Shown: positions 47,734 through 57,295, counted from the stretch's first letter. The stretch is DNA of 64,000 nt from Casimicrobiaceae bacterium (GCA_036553845.1 DATBOK010000095.1:1644-65643), one strand, 5' to 3'. The notes: generated from the sequence alone by a model not told the origin. Numbers and translations are program-made.

Positions 47734-48528
47734 ATGAATATCAGGTATTTGACGATGGCCGCGACGTGCGCGCTGATGCTGGGCGCGGCGCTGCCGGCGC
47801 TCGCCCAGACGCCGGCCAAGCCGGCGCCGGCAGCCGCCAAGGCACCGGTGTCGCCCGAGATCGCGGCGATCCGCAAGCTGATCGAGCAGCGCGTCCCCGG
47901 CATGGAAGTCCGCCAGATCACGAAGACCGACATCGCCGGCCTCTACGAAGTGCTGGCCGACGACCGCATCGTCTACGTCGACCCCAACGTCAACTACCTG
48001 TTCATGGGTTCGATCTACGACCTGGCCTCCAAGCAGAACGTCACCGACGACCGCTACCGCAGGCTCAACCGCGTCGCCTTCGACAGCCTGCCCTTCGAGC
48101 AGTCGTTCAAGCGCGTGCGCGGCGACGGCTCGCGCCGCATCGCCATGTTCTCCGACGCCGACTGTCCGTTCTGCGCGCGCATCGAGAAGGAGCTGTCGGG
48201 CATGACGAACGTGACGATCTACACGTTCCCGTTCCCCATCGACTCGCTGCATCCTTCGGCGGCGCAGAAGTCGCGCCAGATCTGGTGCTCGGCCGACCGC
48301 GGCAAGGCGTGGGACGACTGGTTCCAGAAGCAGAAGCTGCCCGACAACAAGGGCGATTGCGCCAATCCCGTCGCCGCGAACCAGGCGCTGGGCGAGAAGC
48401 TGCGCATCTCGGCGACGCCGACCATCGTGTTCGCCGACGGCACGGTGGTGCCCGGCGCGCTGCCGCTCGCCCAGCTCGAGCAGATGCTCGCCAAGGCCGA
48501 GGTCGAGGCGAAGGCCCCGGCGAAGTAG
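47734..48528 (+). CDS. dsbC: Thiol:disulfide isomerase DsbC
   Basis: Signal peptide, dimerisation segment GLYEV, active site FSDADCPFC, IWCS and cis-Pro motif ATPT. Start uncertain. Confidence 0.88.
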   Translation: MNIRYLTMAATCALMLGAALPALAQTPAKPAPAAAKAPVSPEIAAIRKLIEQRVPGMEVRQITKTDIAGLYEVLADDRIVYVDPNVNYLFMGSIYDLASKQNVTDDRYRRLNRVAFDSLPFEQSFKRVRGDGSRRIAMFSDADCPFCARIEKELSGMTNVTIYTFPFPIDSLHPSAAQKSRQIWCSADRGKAWDDWFQKQKLPDNKGDCANPVAANQALGEKLRISATPTIVFADGTVVPGALPLAQLEQMLAKAEVEAKAPAK

Positions 48529-48629
48529 AATCTGCACCACGCAGCGCGGCATGTCTCGCGCGCCCCGCGGCGATTCCCGCAATGCCCCCCCTCGCGCCCT
48601 CGCGGCGCGGCCTCGCGCATGGAGCCCCG

Positions 48630-49694
48630 ATGGCGATCATCGACTTCCTCAAGAAACAGTTCATCGATGTCATCGAGTGGACCGATGACTCGCGCGACAC
48701 GCTGTCGTTCCGCTTCCCCGACGATGACAAGGAGATCAAGAACGGCGCGCAGCTCATCGTGCGCGAGTCGCAGGTCGCGCAGTTCGTGTACCTCGGCGAG
48801 TTCGGCGACACGTTCGGCCCGGGCAAGCACACGCTGACTACCGACAACATCCCGGTCCTCACCAACCTCAAGAGCTGGAAGTACGCGTTCGAGAGCCCGT
48901 TCAAGGCCGATGTCTACTACGTCGTCACGCGGCTGTTCACCGGCAACAAATGGGGCACCGCCAACCCGGTGATGATGCGCGACGCCGACTTCGGCATCGT
49001 GCGCCTGCGCGCCTACGGCACCTACGATTTCCGCGTCGTCGATCCGAAGAAATTCCTCAAGGAAGTGGCGGGGACCGACGACCATTTCCGGCTCGACGAA
49101 TTCAACGACGCGATGCGCTCGCGCATCGTCAGCGTGTTTTCCGATGCGCTGGCGCAGGCGAAGATCCCGGCGCTCGACGTCGCCGCGCGCTACACCGAGC
49201 TCGGCGAGGCGTTGCTGCCCGTGATCAACCCGGCGATCGGCGACAAGTACGGCCTGGCGATGACGTCGTTCATCGTCGAGAACGTCTCGGTGCCGCCGGA
49301 GGTCGAACAGGCGATCGACAAGCGCTCGAGCATGGCGGCCGTCGGCAACCTCAACGACTACGTGAAATTCCAGATGGCGCAGGGACTCGAGAAAGGCAAC
49401 GGCGGGCCGGGCGGCATGGCCGCCGAAATGGCGGTCGGCATGTCGATGGCGCAGCAGATGATGAACCAGTCGGGAGGGCTGATGGCGCAGGCCACGCCCG
49501 GCATCGCCGCGCCGGCACCGCCCGCCGCCACAGGCGCGCCGGAGCTGCTCAACCCCGCGCAGGTGGCACAGATGCTGGGCGTCGCCGAGGCCGACGTGAT
49601 GTCGAGCCTCGAGTCCGGTGACCTCAAGGGCAAGAAGATCGGCACGCAGTGGCGCGTCACCCGCGACGCCGTCAACGCGTTCCTCGCATCGTGA
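48630..49694 (+). CDS. SPFH (band 7, YdjI-like) protein with C-terminal excisionase-type HTH
   Basis: FIDVIEW, IKNGAQLIVRESQ, PFKADVY and KWGT.NP, with C-terminal LLNPAQVAQMLGV...KIGTQWRVTR. GGAG RBS. Confidence 0.85.
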   Translation: MAIIDFLKKQFIDVIEWTDDSRDTLSFRFPDDDKEIKNGAQLIVRESQVAQFVYLGEFGDTFGPGKHTLTTDNIPVLTNLKSWKYAFESPFKADVYYVVTRLFTGNKWGTANPVMMRDADFGIVRLRAYGTYDFRVVDPKKFLKEVAGTDDHFRLDEFNDAMRSRIVSVFSDALAQAKIPALDVAARYTELGEALLPVINPAIGDKYGLAMTSFIVENVSVPPEVEQAIDKRSSMAAVGNLNDYVKFQMAQGLEKGNGGPGGMAAEMAVGMSMAQQMMNQSGGLMAQATPGIAAPAPPAATGAPELLNPAQVAQMLGVAEADVMSSLESGDLKGKKIGTQWRVTRDAVNAFLAS

Positions 49695-50110
49695 TGCGCC
49701 GCGGATTCCTGCGGGCCCTGGTCGCGCTTTCGATCGCCGCGTCGCTGCCCGCGCGGGCGCAGGACGCGCGGTCCTCGGAGGCGCAGGACGCGGCGCGGGC
49801 GTGGCTCGCGCTCGTCGACAAGTCCGACGTCGAAGGCGCCTACGACGCCGCCGGCAACAAGTTCAAGCGCGGAATGGCGAAGGCGGACTGGATCAAGGCA
49901 CTCGTGAAGACGCGAGAGCCCTATGGCGCCAACGCGCAACGCACGATCGCCGCGACGCAGTTCCACAACAGGATCCAGGGCGTCGGCAAGGGCGATTACG
50001 CGGTGCTGCTGTTCCGCTCGTCGTTCGCCAGACGCGACTTTGCCCAGGAGCAGGTGACGCTCGAGAATACGCCGAAGGGGTGGCAGGTCATCGGCTACGT
50101 CATCAGCTGA
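49694..50110 (+). CDS. DUF4019-like exported protein
   Basis: Signal peptide, AARAWLALVD, and C-terminal EQVTL...WQVIGY. Start overlaps the SPFH stop. Confidence 0.75.
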   Translation: MRRGFLRALVALSIAASLPARAQDARSSEAQDAARAWLALVDKSDVEGAYDAAGNKFKRGMAKADWIKALVKTREPYGANAQRTIAATQFHNRIQGVGKGDYAVLLFRSSFARRDFAQEQVTLENTPKGWQVIGYVIS

Positions 50111-50147
50111 CGCGCGCATTCCCGGCGCATCCCACGGACCATTCGCG

Positions 50148-51269
50148 GTGAACGAATCCCCGGTGCCCGCGCCCGAGGTCAACGCGCGCGAGAAGTTCAT
50201 CTGCCCCGCCTGCGGCGGCGAGGCCACCTGGGATCCGCGCAGGCAGAAGCTCGTGTGCCCGTTCTGCGGCACCGAATCGATGGCCGCATTGCCTGCGACC
50301 GGCACCGTGGCCGAGCACGACCTCGCCGCGGCGCTGCGCGACATGCTGCAGGCGTCGGCGCAGGGCGGCGCCGCGGCGGACGGCGCGCGCCAGGTGCGCT
50401 GCCAGAGCTGCAACGCGATCTCGGTGCTGAATCCCGCGCGCCAGGCGCAGCGGTGCGAATTCTGCGGCTCGGCGCAACTCGTGCCTTATGCCGAAACGCG
50501 GGCGATGATCCGGCCCGAAGGCGTGCTCCCCTTCAGCGTGCCCGAGGACGGCGCGCGCGATCGCATCCGCGCGTGGTACGGCAGGTTGTGGCTCGCGCCG
50601 GGCGCGCTCAAGCGCCGTGCCCTCACCGATACGGTGAAAGGGGTCTACCTGCCGTACTGGACGTTCAACGCGCATGTCGACGCGACGTGGACGGCCGAGC
50701 GCGGGCATTACTACTGGACCACCGAGACGTATTACGAGAACGGCCAGCCGCGGACGCGCCAGGTGCGGCAGGTGCGCTGGGAGCCGGCGGCGGGGCGCCT
50801 CGCGCACGATTTCGACAGCGAGCTCGTCTGCGGCTCGGTCGGTGTACATCCGCAGCTGATGCGCGGGGTCGAGCCCTTCCCGATGAGCGCGATCAAGCCG
50901 TACGACGCAGGCTACGTCAGCGGCTGGGTGGTGGAGCGATACCAGGTCGACCTGGCCGACGCCGCGACCCGTGCGCGCGCGACGATGGATGCGGAGACGC
51001 GCGCGCTGGCCGGTGCGGCGGTGGGCGGCGATACCTATCGCAACCTCGACGTGACTGCGCAATATTCGGCGCAGACGTTCAAGCACATCCTCGCGCCGGT
51101 GTGGCTGCTTTCGTACACGTTCGGCGCCAGGGCATTCCAGTGCGTGATCAACGGCGTGTCGGGCGCCATCGCCGGCGAATATCCGAAGAGCCCGTGGAAG
51201 ATCGCGCTGCTCGTGCTCGCCATCATCGTCGTCGTCATCGTCGTCGCGTCGTCCGGAGGACACCACTGA
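50148..51269 (+). CDS. Double zinc-ribbon membrane-anchored protein (YdjG-like)
   Basis: CPACG/CPFCG and CQSC/CEFCG ribbons, GVYLPYW, INGVSGAIAG, and a C-terminal TM helix. Confidence 0.8.
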   Translation: MNESPVPAPEVNAREKFICPACGGEATWDPRRQKLVCPFCGTESMAALPATGTVAEHDLAAALRDMLQASAQGGAAADGARQVRCQSCNAISVLNPARQAQRCEFCGSAQLVPYAETRAMIRPEGVLPFSVPEDGARDRIRAWYGRLWLAPGALKRRALTDTVKGVYLPYWTFNAHVDATWTAERGHYYWTTETYYENGQPRTRQVRQVRWEPAAGRLAHDFDSELVCGSVGVHPQLMRGVEPFPMSAIKPYDAGYVSGWVVERYQVDLADAATRARATMDAETRALAGAAVGGDTYRNLDVTAQYSAQTFKHILAPVWLLSYTFGARAFQCVINGVSGAIAGEYPKSPWKIALLVLAIIVVVIVVASSGGHH

Positions 51270-52105
51270 TGCAACGCGCCAGCACGGGGCCCATGTCCAA
51301 TCGGCGGGTGGCGTTCGTCACCGGCGTGTCGCGCGGCCTGGGCGAGGCCATCGCGATGCAGCTCGTCGCCGCCGGCTGGCACGTGATCGGCATCGGCCGC
51401 AGCGCGGCGCCGGCGCTGACGGGCACGGGCTTCGAATGGCTGCGCGCCGATCTTGGCGATGTCGACGCGGCCAGCGCGGCAGCGCTGGCGGCGATGCGCG
51501 CCGCTGCGGGCGCCGCGCCGTCGCGCGCGCTACTCGTCAACAACGCCGCGGTGGCCGGTCCCGTCGGGTCGCTGGGGACGATGGACGCGGCCGACCTCGC
51601 GGCGTCGCTCGCGGTGAACCTGGTCGCGCCGACCGCGCTGGCGAATGCGTTCTGCGCGGCCTTCGCCGACGCGACGGTCGAGCGGCGCGTCATCAACGTC
51701 TCGTCGGGCCTCGCCGGGCGCGCGATGACCGGCGCCGCGCTTTACAGCATCGCCAAGTGCGGCATGGAGATGCTGACGCGCGCGCTCGCCGTCGACCATC
51801 CCGAGGCGAGCTTCGCGGCGGTCACCTACCGGCCGGGCATCATCGACACGCCGATGCAGGCGTACATGCGCACGCGACCGGCGAGCGCGCTGCCCGACGT
51901 CGCGATGTTCGGCCAGTGGCACGCGGACGGCCAGCTCGTGCCGCCGGCGCGCGTGGCCGCGACGGCCATCGCGAATCTCGTCGACGGCGCCGTCGAGTCG
52001 GGACGCACGTACAACTACGCGGAGCTGGCCGACAGCGCGCCGGGCAACGCCGCGGGCGAGGCGACGAGGCGGTCGCAGCCCGCGAGCTCGTCGCGCGAGC
52101 CGTAA
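51269..52105 (+). CDS. Short-chain dehydrogenase/reductase (benzil/sepiapterin reductase-like)
   Basis: TGVSRGLG, NNAA, NVSSG, YSIAK and PGIIDT. Confidence 0.88.
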   Translation: MQRASTGPMSNRRVAFVTGVSRGLGEAIAMQLVAAGWHVIGIGRSAAPALTGTGFEWLRADLGDVDAASAAALAAMRAAAGAAPSRALLVNNAAVAGPVGSLGTMDAADLAASLAVNLVAPTALANAFCAAFADATVERRVINVSSGLAGRAMTGAALYSIAKCGMEMLTRALAVDHPEASFAAVTYRPGIIDTPMQAYMRTRPASALPDVAMFGQWHADGQLVPPARVAATAIANLVDGAVESGRTYNYAELADSAPGNAAGEATRRSQPASSSREP

Positions 52106-52671
52106 CCCCACAGCACGCCCACCGCGCGCGTGCCGTTGGCGCGCGCCGCATCGAGGTCCTGCCGCCGGTCGCCGATCATGTGCGCGGCACCGGCCGCGCA
52201 GCCTTCGCTGGCCAGCAGATGAGCGAGCAGTGCGCGCTTGTCGTCGAAGCGGCCATCGAGACCGGGTCCGTACACGCCGGCGAGATGGCGGTCGAGTCCG
52301 AAGTGCTCGACGATGCGCCGCGCATAGACGTCGGGCTTCGACGTGCACACGAGCATCCGGTAGCCGCTCGCGGCCAGCGCCGCCAGCGCGCCGTCGATGC
52401 CGTCGTACACGGCGTTCTCGCGCCAGCCGACGGCGTCGAAGCGCTCGCGATAGTGGACGAGCGCGTGCTCGATGCGCGCCGGCTCGGCGCTGCCGAGCAG
52501 GCCGGCGAAAGCGACGCGCAACGGCGGTCCGAGGCATCCTGCGAGCTCGGCGTCGCCGGGCGGCGCGACGTCCAGTCGCGCGAGCGCGTGGCGAATGCAT
52601 GCGAAGATCCCCGGGCGGCTGTCGGTCAGCGTGCCATCGAGGTCGAACAGGAGCGTGCCGGCCGCGCTCAT
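52015..52671 (-). CDS. HAD-family hydrolase (phosphoglycolate phosphatase-like)
   Basis: FDLDGTLTDS, CTSKP and MIGDR..D. Confidence 0.9.
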   Translation of the reverse strand: MSAAGTLLFDLDGTLTDSRPGIFACIRHALARLDVAPPGDAELAGCLGPPLRVAFAGLLGSAEPARIEHALVHYRERFDAVGWRENAVYDGIDGALAALAASGYRMLVCTSKPDVYARRIVEHFGLDRHLAGVYGPGLDGRFDDKRALLAHLLASEGCAAGAAHMIGDRRQDLDAARANGTRAVGVLWGYGSRDELAGCDRLVASPAALPGALSASSA

Positions 52672-53048
52672 CAGTCCTCGCCACGCACGGCGACGTGATA
52701 GCTGACGAACGCGCCCGCCGGCCCGGCCTTGAACGCGAGGCAGTAGCGTCCGGGTATGCGCACTTCGAGCACGCCGGCATCGGCCACCGTGCCTTTGCGC
52801 GACAGCGGGATGATCACCGCCTCGCCCTGCCGGTAGTAGAGATCGAGGTCCACCGCCTCGGTGGCGTCGAAGCGGAAGTCGATGCGGTCGCCGACACCGA
52901 CGTCGGCGCAGGCCTCGCGGACTTCCCACGGCGCGATTCGCGCGTGCGCGACGCTCACCTGCTGGCCGGGCGCGATCGGCGCATCGCTGCAGGCACCGAT
53001 CGCCAGCGCGGCGACGATCGCGCCACGGCGCCACGTGGCGTTCGTCAT
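52671..53048 (-). CDS. Hypothetical lipoprotein, beta-sandwich (GOLD-like pattern)
   Basis: Lipobox IGAC and two Cys (REAC, GRYCL). Overlaps both neighbours in the operon. Confidence 0.7.
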   Translation of the reverse strand: MTNATWRRGAIVAALAIGACSDAPIAPGQQVSVAHARIAPWEVREACADVGVGDRIDFRFDATEAVDLDLYYRQGEAVIIPLSRKGTVADAGVLEVRIPGRYCLAFKAGPAGAFVSYHVAVRGED

Positions 53049-53599
53049 CGCCGGCGGCGCGCGCGCCAGTCCTCGGCGAGGACCGCGAAGCGCACATGAT
53101 CGCGCCAGCGGCCGCCGATCTTGAGGTAGCGGCGCGAATAGCCTTCGCGCGTGAAGCCGTTGCGCGACAGGAATTCGAGCGAGCGCACGTTGCCGGGCTG
53201 CACGTTGGCCTCGACGCGATGCAGCTTGAGGTCGCGGAACGCAGTGTCGAGCACCAGCGCCAGCGCGGCGCTCATGTGGCCGCCGGACACCGAGCCCGCG
53301 AACGCGTAGTAGCCGAGGTACGCGCTCTTGAAGATGCCGTGCACGATCTCCGAGAGGTTGAACACGCCGGCCAGCACGCCATCGGCGTCGCGCACGGCCA
53401 CGTAGCCGCGAAAAGTGGCGACGCGACCATCGGCCTGGCGCAGGTAGGCGCGAAACGCCGCCGCCGTCGACGGCGCGCGTACCCAGTGCTCGTGCAACGC
53501 GCGGCTGGCGCGGGCCTGGGCGATGAACGCGCGCTCGTCGCCGGGACCTGGAGCGCGAATCGATACCACGGGGGCAGTGCGCGGGGAAGCCGCAGGCAT
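53045..53599 (-). CDS. GNAT acetyltransferase, RimJ/RimL family
   Basis: SAYLGYY, LHRVEANVQPGN.RS and GFTREG..RRYLKIGGRWRDH. Confidence 0.9.
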   Translation of the reverse strand: MPAASPRTAPVVSIRAPGPGDERAFIAQARASRALHEHWVRAPSTAAAFRAYLRQADGRVATFRGYVAVRDADGVLAGVFNLSEIVHGIFKSAYLGYYAFAGSVSGGHMSAALALVLDTAFRDLKLHRVEANVQPGNVRSLEFLSRNGFTREGYSRRYLKIGGRWRDHVRFAVLAEDWRARRRR

Positions 53600-53633
53600 A
53601 ATCCTATTTTCGAATGTTGCACGAAAGACCGCA

Positions 53634-54389
53634 ATGTCGGCATGGATCGAAGGTCGTGTCGCCGCCAAGCACCGATTCACGCCGGGCCTCATTGCGCTCG
53701 AGGTCGACGCGCCCGACCTGACCTTCGTCGCCGGTCAGTTCGCGCGCCTCGCGTTGCCGGCGCCGCCGGGCTCGAAGGAAGCCATGCTCGGCCGCCCATA
53801 TTCATTCGTGAACCCGCCGGGCACCGCGCATCACGAGTTCTACTTCAATGTCGTGCCGGAAGGCCCGTTCTCGCCGCGGCTCGCCGCCCTCGAGCCCGGT
53901 GACGCGCTGTGGCTCGGACCGCGCGCCAACGGCTTTTTCACCGTCGCCGAGACGCCGGCGGCGGAGGCGCTGTGGTGCCTTGCCACCGGTACCGGCATCG
54001 GCCCGTTCCTGTCGATCCTGCGCAGCGACGAGCCGTGGGCGAAATTCGGGCGGATCACGCTCGTGCACGCGGTGCGGGTGGCCTCCGATCTCGCCTACCG
54101 CGACGTCATGGCCGATCTCGCGCGGACGCATGCGGGCGCGTTCGCCTACGCGCCCGTCGTCAGCCGCGAAGCGCATCCCGATGCCCTGCGGGGGCGCATT
54201 CCGGCGCTGATCGACGATGGCTCGCTGGAGGCGCGCGTCGGCGTCGCCCTCACCGCCGAGAATTCGCACGCGATGCTGTGCGGCAATCCGGCGATGGTCG
54301 ACGACGTGCAGGCGGTGCTGCTGCGGCGGGGCATGAAGCGGCACCGGCGCAAGGAGCCGGGGCAGGTGACGCTCGAGACCTATTGGTAG
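53634..54389 (+). CDS. fpr: Ferredoxin--NADP+ reductase
   Basis: FVAGQF, RPYS, ATGTGIGPF, MLCGNP, and C-terminal ETYW. Confidence 0.92.
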   Translation: MSAWIEGRVAAKHRFTPGLIALEVDAPDLTFVAGQFARLALPAPPGSKEAMLGRPYSFVNPPGTAHHEFYFNVVPEGPFSPRLAALEPGDALWLGPRANGFFTVAETPAAEALWCLATGTGIGPFLSILRSDEPWAKFGRITLVHAVRVASDLAYRDVMADLARTHAGAFAYAPVVSREAHPDALRGRIPALIDDGSLEARVGVALTAENSHAMLCGNPAMVDDVQAVLLRRGMKRHRRKEPGQVTLETYW

Positions 54390-54391
54390 TC

Positions 54392-54619
54392 ATTGCGTCG
54401 TGCGGCCGGTGCGCGTCGCGTGTTTGGCGATTGCAGGTGCCGGCCGCGCGACGCAATAACTCCGCACGTTCGGGCATCACGTGACGCGCGGGCTCGTCCA
54501 TCGGAATGTTGCGTGCACGTGATGTCCAACGTGCGGGCCCGGCCTGCGGCCTCCCGCCTCGGCCTGCAGGGCGCTTGCACTGTGGGACGCGACTTCCCCG
54601 CCGGCCGCGCAGGTCTGGC
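54392..54619 (+). repeat. Three consecutive long imperfect inverted repeats in the convergent fpr-pepN gap
   Basis: Arms 54392-54412/54437-54457, 54462-54488/54510-54536 and 54537-54551/54603-54619. Confidence 0.8.
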
Positions 54620-54622
54620 GCG

Positions 54623-57283
54623 TCAGCCCGCGAGGCTGCGCGTGACGATCTCGTTGACGTCGCTCGACAGCGACGGCGCGGCGGCGAGACGCTGGAGCGC
54701 CGCCTGCATCATGCCGCGCCGCGGCTGCGCATGCCGCTTCCACAGCTCGAATGCCGCCGCGATCCGCGAGGCCACCATCGGGTTGGTGGCGTCGACGGCC
54801 AGGATCTGGTCGGCGATGAACGCGTAGCCGTCGCCGCCCGCGGCGTGGAATCGCGCGAAATTGCGCAGCGCGAACGAGCCCACCAGTGCGCGTACGCGGT
54901 TCGGGTTGTGGGCGTTGAAGCGCGGGTGCGCGAGCAGCGACTTGACGCGCGCGAGCGTGTCCGGGCGCCGGCTCATGGCCTGCAGCGCGAACCATTTGTC
55001 TAGCACGAGGGGATCGTCGTGCCACCTGGCCTCGAAGCGCGTGAACAGGTGGTCACGGTCGATCGTTTCGCTGTCGGCCAGCGCCGCGAGCGCGCCGATC
55101 ACGTCGGTCATGTTGTCGGCATCGTCGAACTGCGCCAGCGCGAGCCTGCGCGGCACCGCGTCGTCCGTCGCGCACAGGTAGCGCAACACGACGCTGCGCA
55201 GCCGGCGCGGACCGATCTGCGCCTGGGTCGGCGCGTACGGCGCCTGCGGCGCGAGACGGTCGTACAGCGCGGCGAGCTGGTCGCGATGCGCGGCGGCGAG
55301 GGCGCGTGCCAGGAAGGCGCGGGCGGCAACCACGCCGTCGACGTCGATCACTTCCTGCAGATTGCCGACATAGGCGGCGTCGGGGAGCGTCAGCGCCAGC
55401 GCCACCAGCGACGGATCGCGTGCTGCGCCGTCGAGCAGGTGCGCGAACAGCGTCGACGTCGCCGCCGGCAGCGCCAGCGGCCGGTGCGCGCCGAGATCGG
55501 CGGCCAGCGCGAGGATGGCGCCGCTGAAGCTGCGCTGCGCCGCATCCCAGCGATTGACGGGATCGCTGTCGTGCGCGGCGAGCAGCGTGATGTCGGCATC
55601 GCTGTACGGGTACTCGACGCGCACCGGCGCCGAGAACCCGCGCGCCAGCGACGGCACCGGGCGTGACGGCACGTCGACGAACGTGAAGCGCTGGGACGTC
55701 TCGCGCAGCTCCAGCACACGCGTGGTCACGGCGGGGGTGGCGTCGCCTTGCAGACGCAGCGCCATGTCGCGACCTGCGGCGTCGACGAGGCCGACCGCGA
55801 AGGGGATGTGCAGCGGCTGCTTGTCCGGCTGGCCCGGCGTCGGCGGCACTCGCTGCGCGACGTCCAGCGTGTAGCGGCGCCGCGCTTCGTCGTAGTCGCC
55901 GTCGACGGTGATCACCGGCGTGCCCGCCTGGGAATACCAGCGGCGGAATTGCGCGAGGTCGACGCCGCTGGCGTCGCTCATCGCCTGCACGAAGTCGTCG
56001 CAGGTGACGGCGTGGCCGTCGTTGCGCGCGAAGTAGAGGTCCATGCCGCGGCGGAAGCCTTCGGCGCCGAGCAGCGCGCGCTGCATCCGGATCACCTCGG
56101 CGCCCTTCTCGTAGACGGTCGGCGTGTAGAAGTTGTTGACTTCCTGGTATTCGTCCGGCCGCACCGGATGTGCGCCGGGACCCGCATCCTCGGCGAACTG
56201 GGTGCGGCGCATGAAGTCGACCGCGGCGATGCGCTCGACGGCGGCGGAGCCCTGCTCGGCCGAGAATTCCTGATCGCGATAGACGGTCAGGCCTTCCTTC
56301 AGCGACAGCTGGAACCAGTCACGGCACGTGACGCGATTGCCGGTCCAGTTATGGAAATACTCGTGGCCGATCACGCCCTCGATGGCGCCGTAGTCGTCGT
56401 CGGTGGCGGTGGCGGGCGCGGCCAGCAGCAGCCGGCTGTTGAAGATGTTGAGGCCCTTGTTCTCCATCGCCCCCATGTTGAAGTCGTCGGCGCAGAAGAT
56501 CATGAAGCGGTCGAGGTCGTATTCGCGGCCGAAATTCTGCTCGTCCCAGCGCATCGCGCGCTTGATCGACGCCATCGCATGCGCGCAGCATTCGAGGTTG
56601 CGGGGCGTCGAGTGGATCGACAGCCGCACTTCGCGTCCGCTCGCCGTGGTGAACGTGTCGGCGAGCTCGGCGAGATCGCCCGCCACCAGCGCGAACAGGT
56701 AGGTCGCCTTGGGAAACGGATCGTGCCAGCGCGCGAAATGGCGGCCGTCCGCGAGCGCGCCGGTCGCCACGAGGTTGCCGTTGGACAGCAGCACGGGCAG
56801 GCGTGCGCGGTCGCCGCGGATCGTCACCGTGTAGGTGGCGAGCACGTCGGGGCGGTCGGCGAAATACGTGATGCGGCGAAAGCCTTCGGGCTCGCATTGC
56901 GTGCAGAACACGCCCGACGACACGTACAGGCCTTCCAGATCGAGGTTGGCGGCGGGCGCGTGCGTCGAGCGGATCGTCAGCGTGCCCTCGCGCGGCGGCT
57001 CGTGGATCGTCAGCGACGAGCGCGTGAACACGATCCGCGGCGCCGCCAGCGCCACGCCGTCGAGCAGGACTTCGACATCGGTCTGATGCTCGCCGTCGAG
57101 CACCAGCGGCGAGCGCACCTCGGTGGCGCTCGCTGCGGGATTGCGGCAGAAGGCGAATGTGGCGGTGACGCGCGTGGCATCGGGGTCGAGGTCGAACTCG
57201 AGCGCGAGTTCCGGCATGAGGAACGCCGGCGGCCGGTAATCGAGCCGGCGCTTGGTCGGCACGTGGCCGTCACGGGGGAGCAT
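54623..57283 (-). CDS. pepN: Aminopeptidase N (M1 family)
   Basis: CTQCEPEGFR, GAMENKGLN, Zn motif HEYFH..E, and NNFYT..VYEKGAE. Confidence 0.96.
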   Translation of the reverse strand: MLPRDGHVPTKRRLDYRPPAFLMPELALEFDLDPDATRVTATFAFCRNPAASATEVRSPLVLDGEHQTDVEVLLDGVALAAPRIVFTRSSLTIHEPPREGTLTIRSTHAPAANLDLEGLYVSSGVFCTQCEPEGFRRITYFADRPDVLATYTVTIRGDRARLPVLLSNGNLVATGALADGRHFARWHDPFPKATYLFALVAGDLAELADTFTTASGREVRLSIHSTPRNLECCAHAMASIKRAMRWDEQNFGREYDLDRFMIFCADDFNMGAMENKGLNIFNSRLLLAAPATATDDDYGAIEGVIGHEYFHNWTGNRVTCRDWFQLSLKEGLTVYRDQEFSAEQGSAAVERIAAVDFMRRTQFAEDAGPGAHPVRPDEYQEVNNFYTPTVYEKGAEVIRMQRALLGAEGFRRGMDLYFARNDGHAVTCDDFVQAMSDASGVDLAQFRRWYSQAGTPVITVDGDYDEARRRYTLDVAQRVPPTPGQPDKQPLHIPFAVGLVDAAGRDMALRLQGDATPAVTTRVLELRETSQRFTFVDVPSRPVPSLARGFSAPVRVEYPYSDADITLLAAHDSDPVNRWDAAQRSFSGAILALAADLGAHRPLALPAATSTLFAHLLDGAARDPSLVALALTLPDAAYVGNLQEVIDVDGVVAARAFLARALAAAHRDQLAALYDRLAPQAPYAPTQAQIGPRRLRSVVLRYLCATDDAVPRRLALAQFDDADNMTDVIGALAALADSETIDRDHLFTRFEARWHDDPLVLDKWFALQAMSRRPDTLARVKSLLAHPRFNAHNPNRVRALVGSFALRNFARFHAAGGDGYAFIADQILAVDATNPMVASRIAAAFELWKRHAQPRRGMMQAALQRLAAAPSLSSDVNEIVTRSLAG

Positions 57284-57295
57284 CGGCCGCGCGTC

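Noticed and set aside
49540-49694. Excisionase-like HTH as evidence of a prophage or integrative element
   Set aside because: It is fused to an SPFH protein, and there is no integrase, att repeat, tRNA or phage gene nearby.
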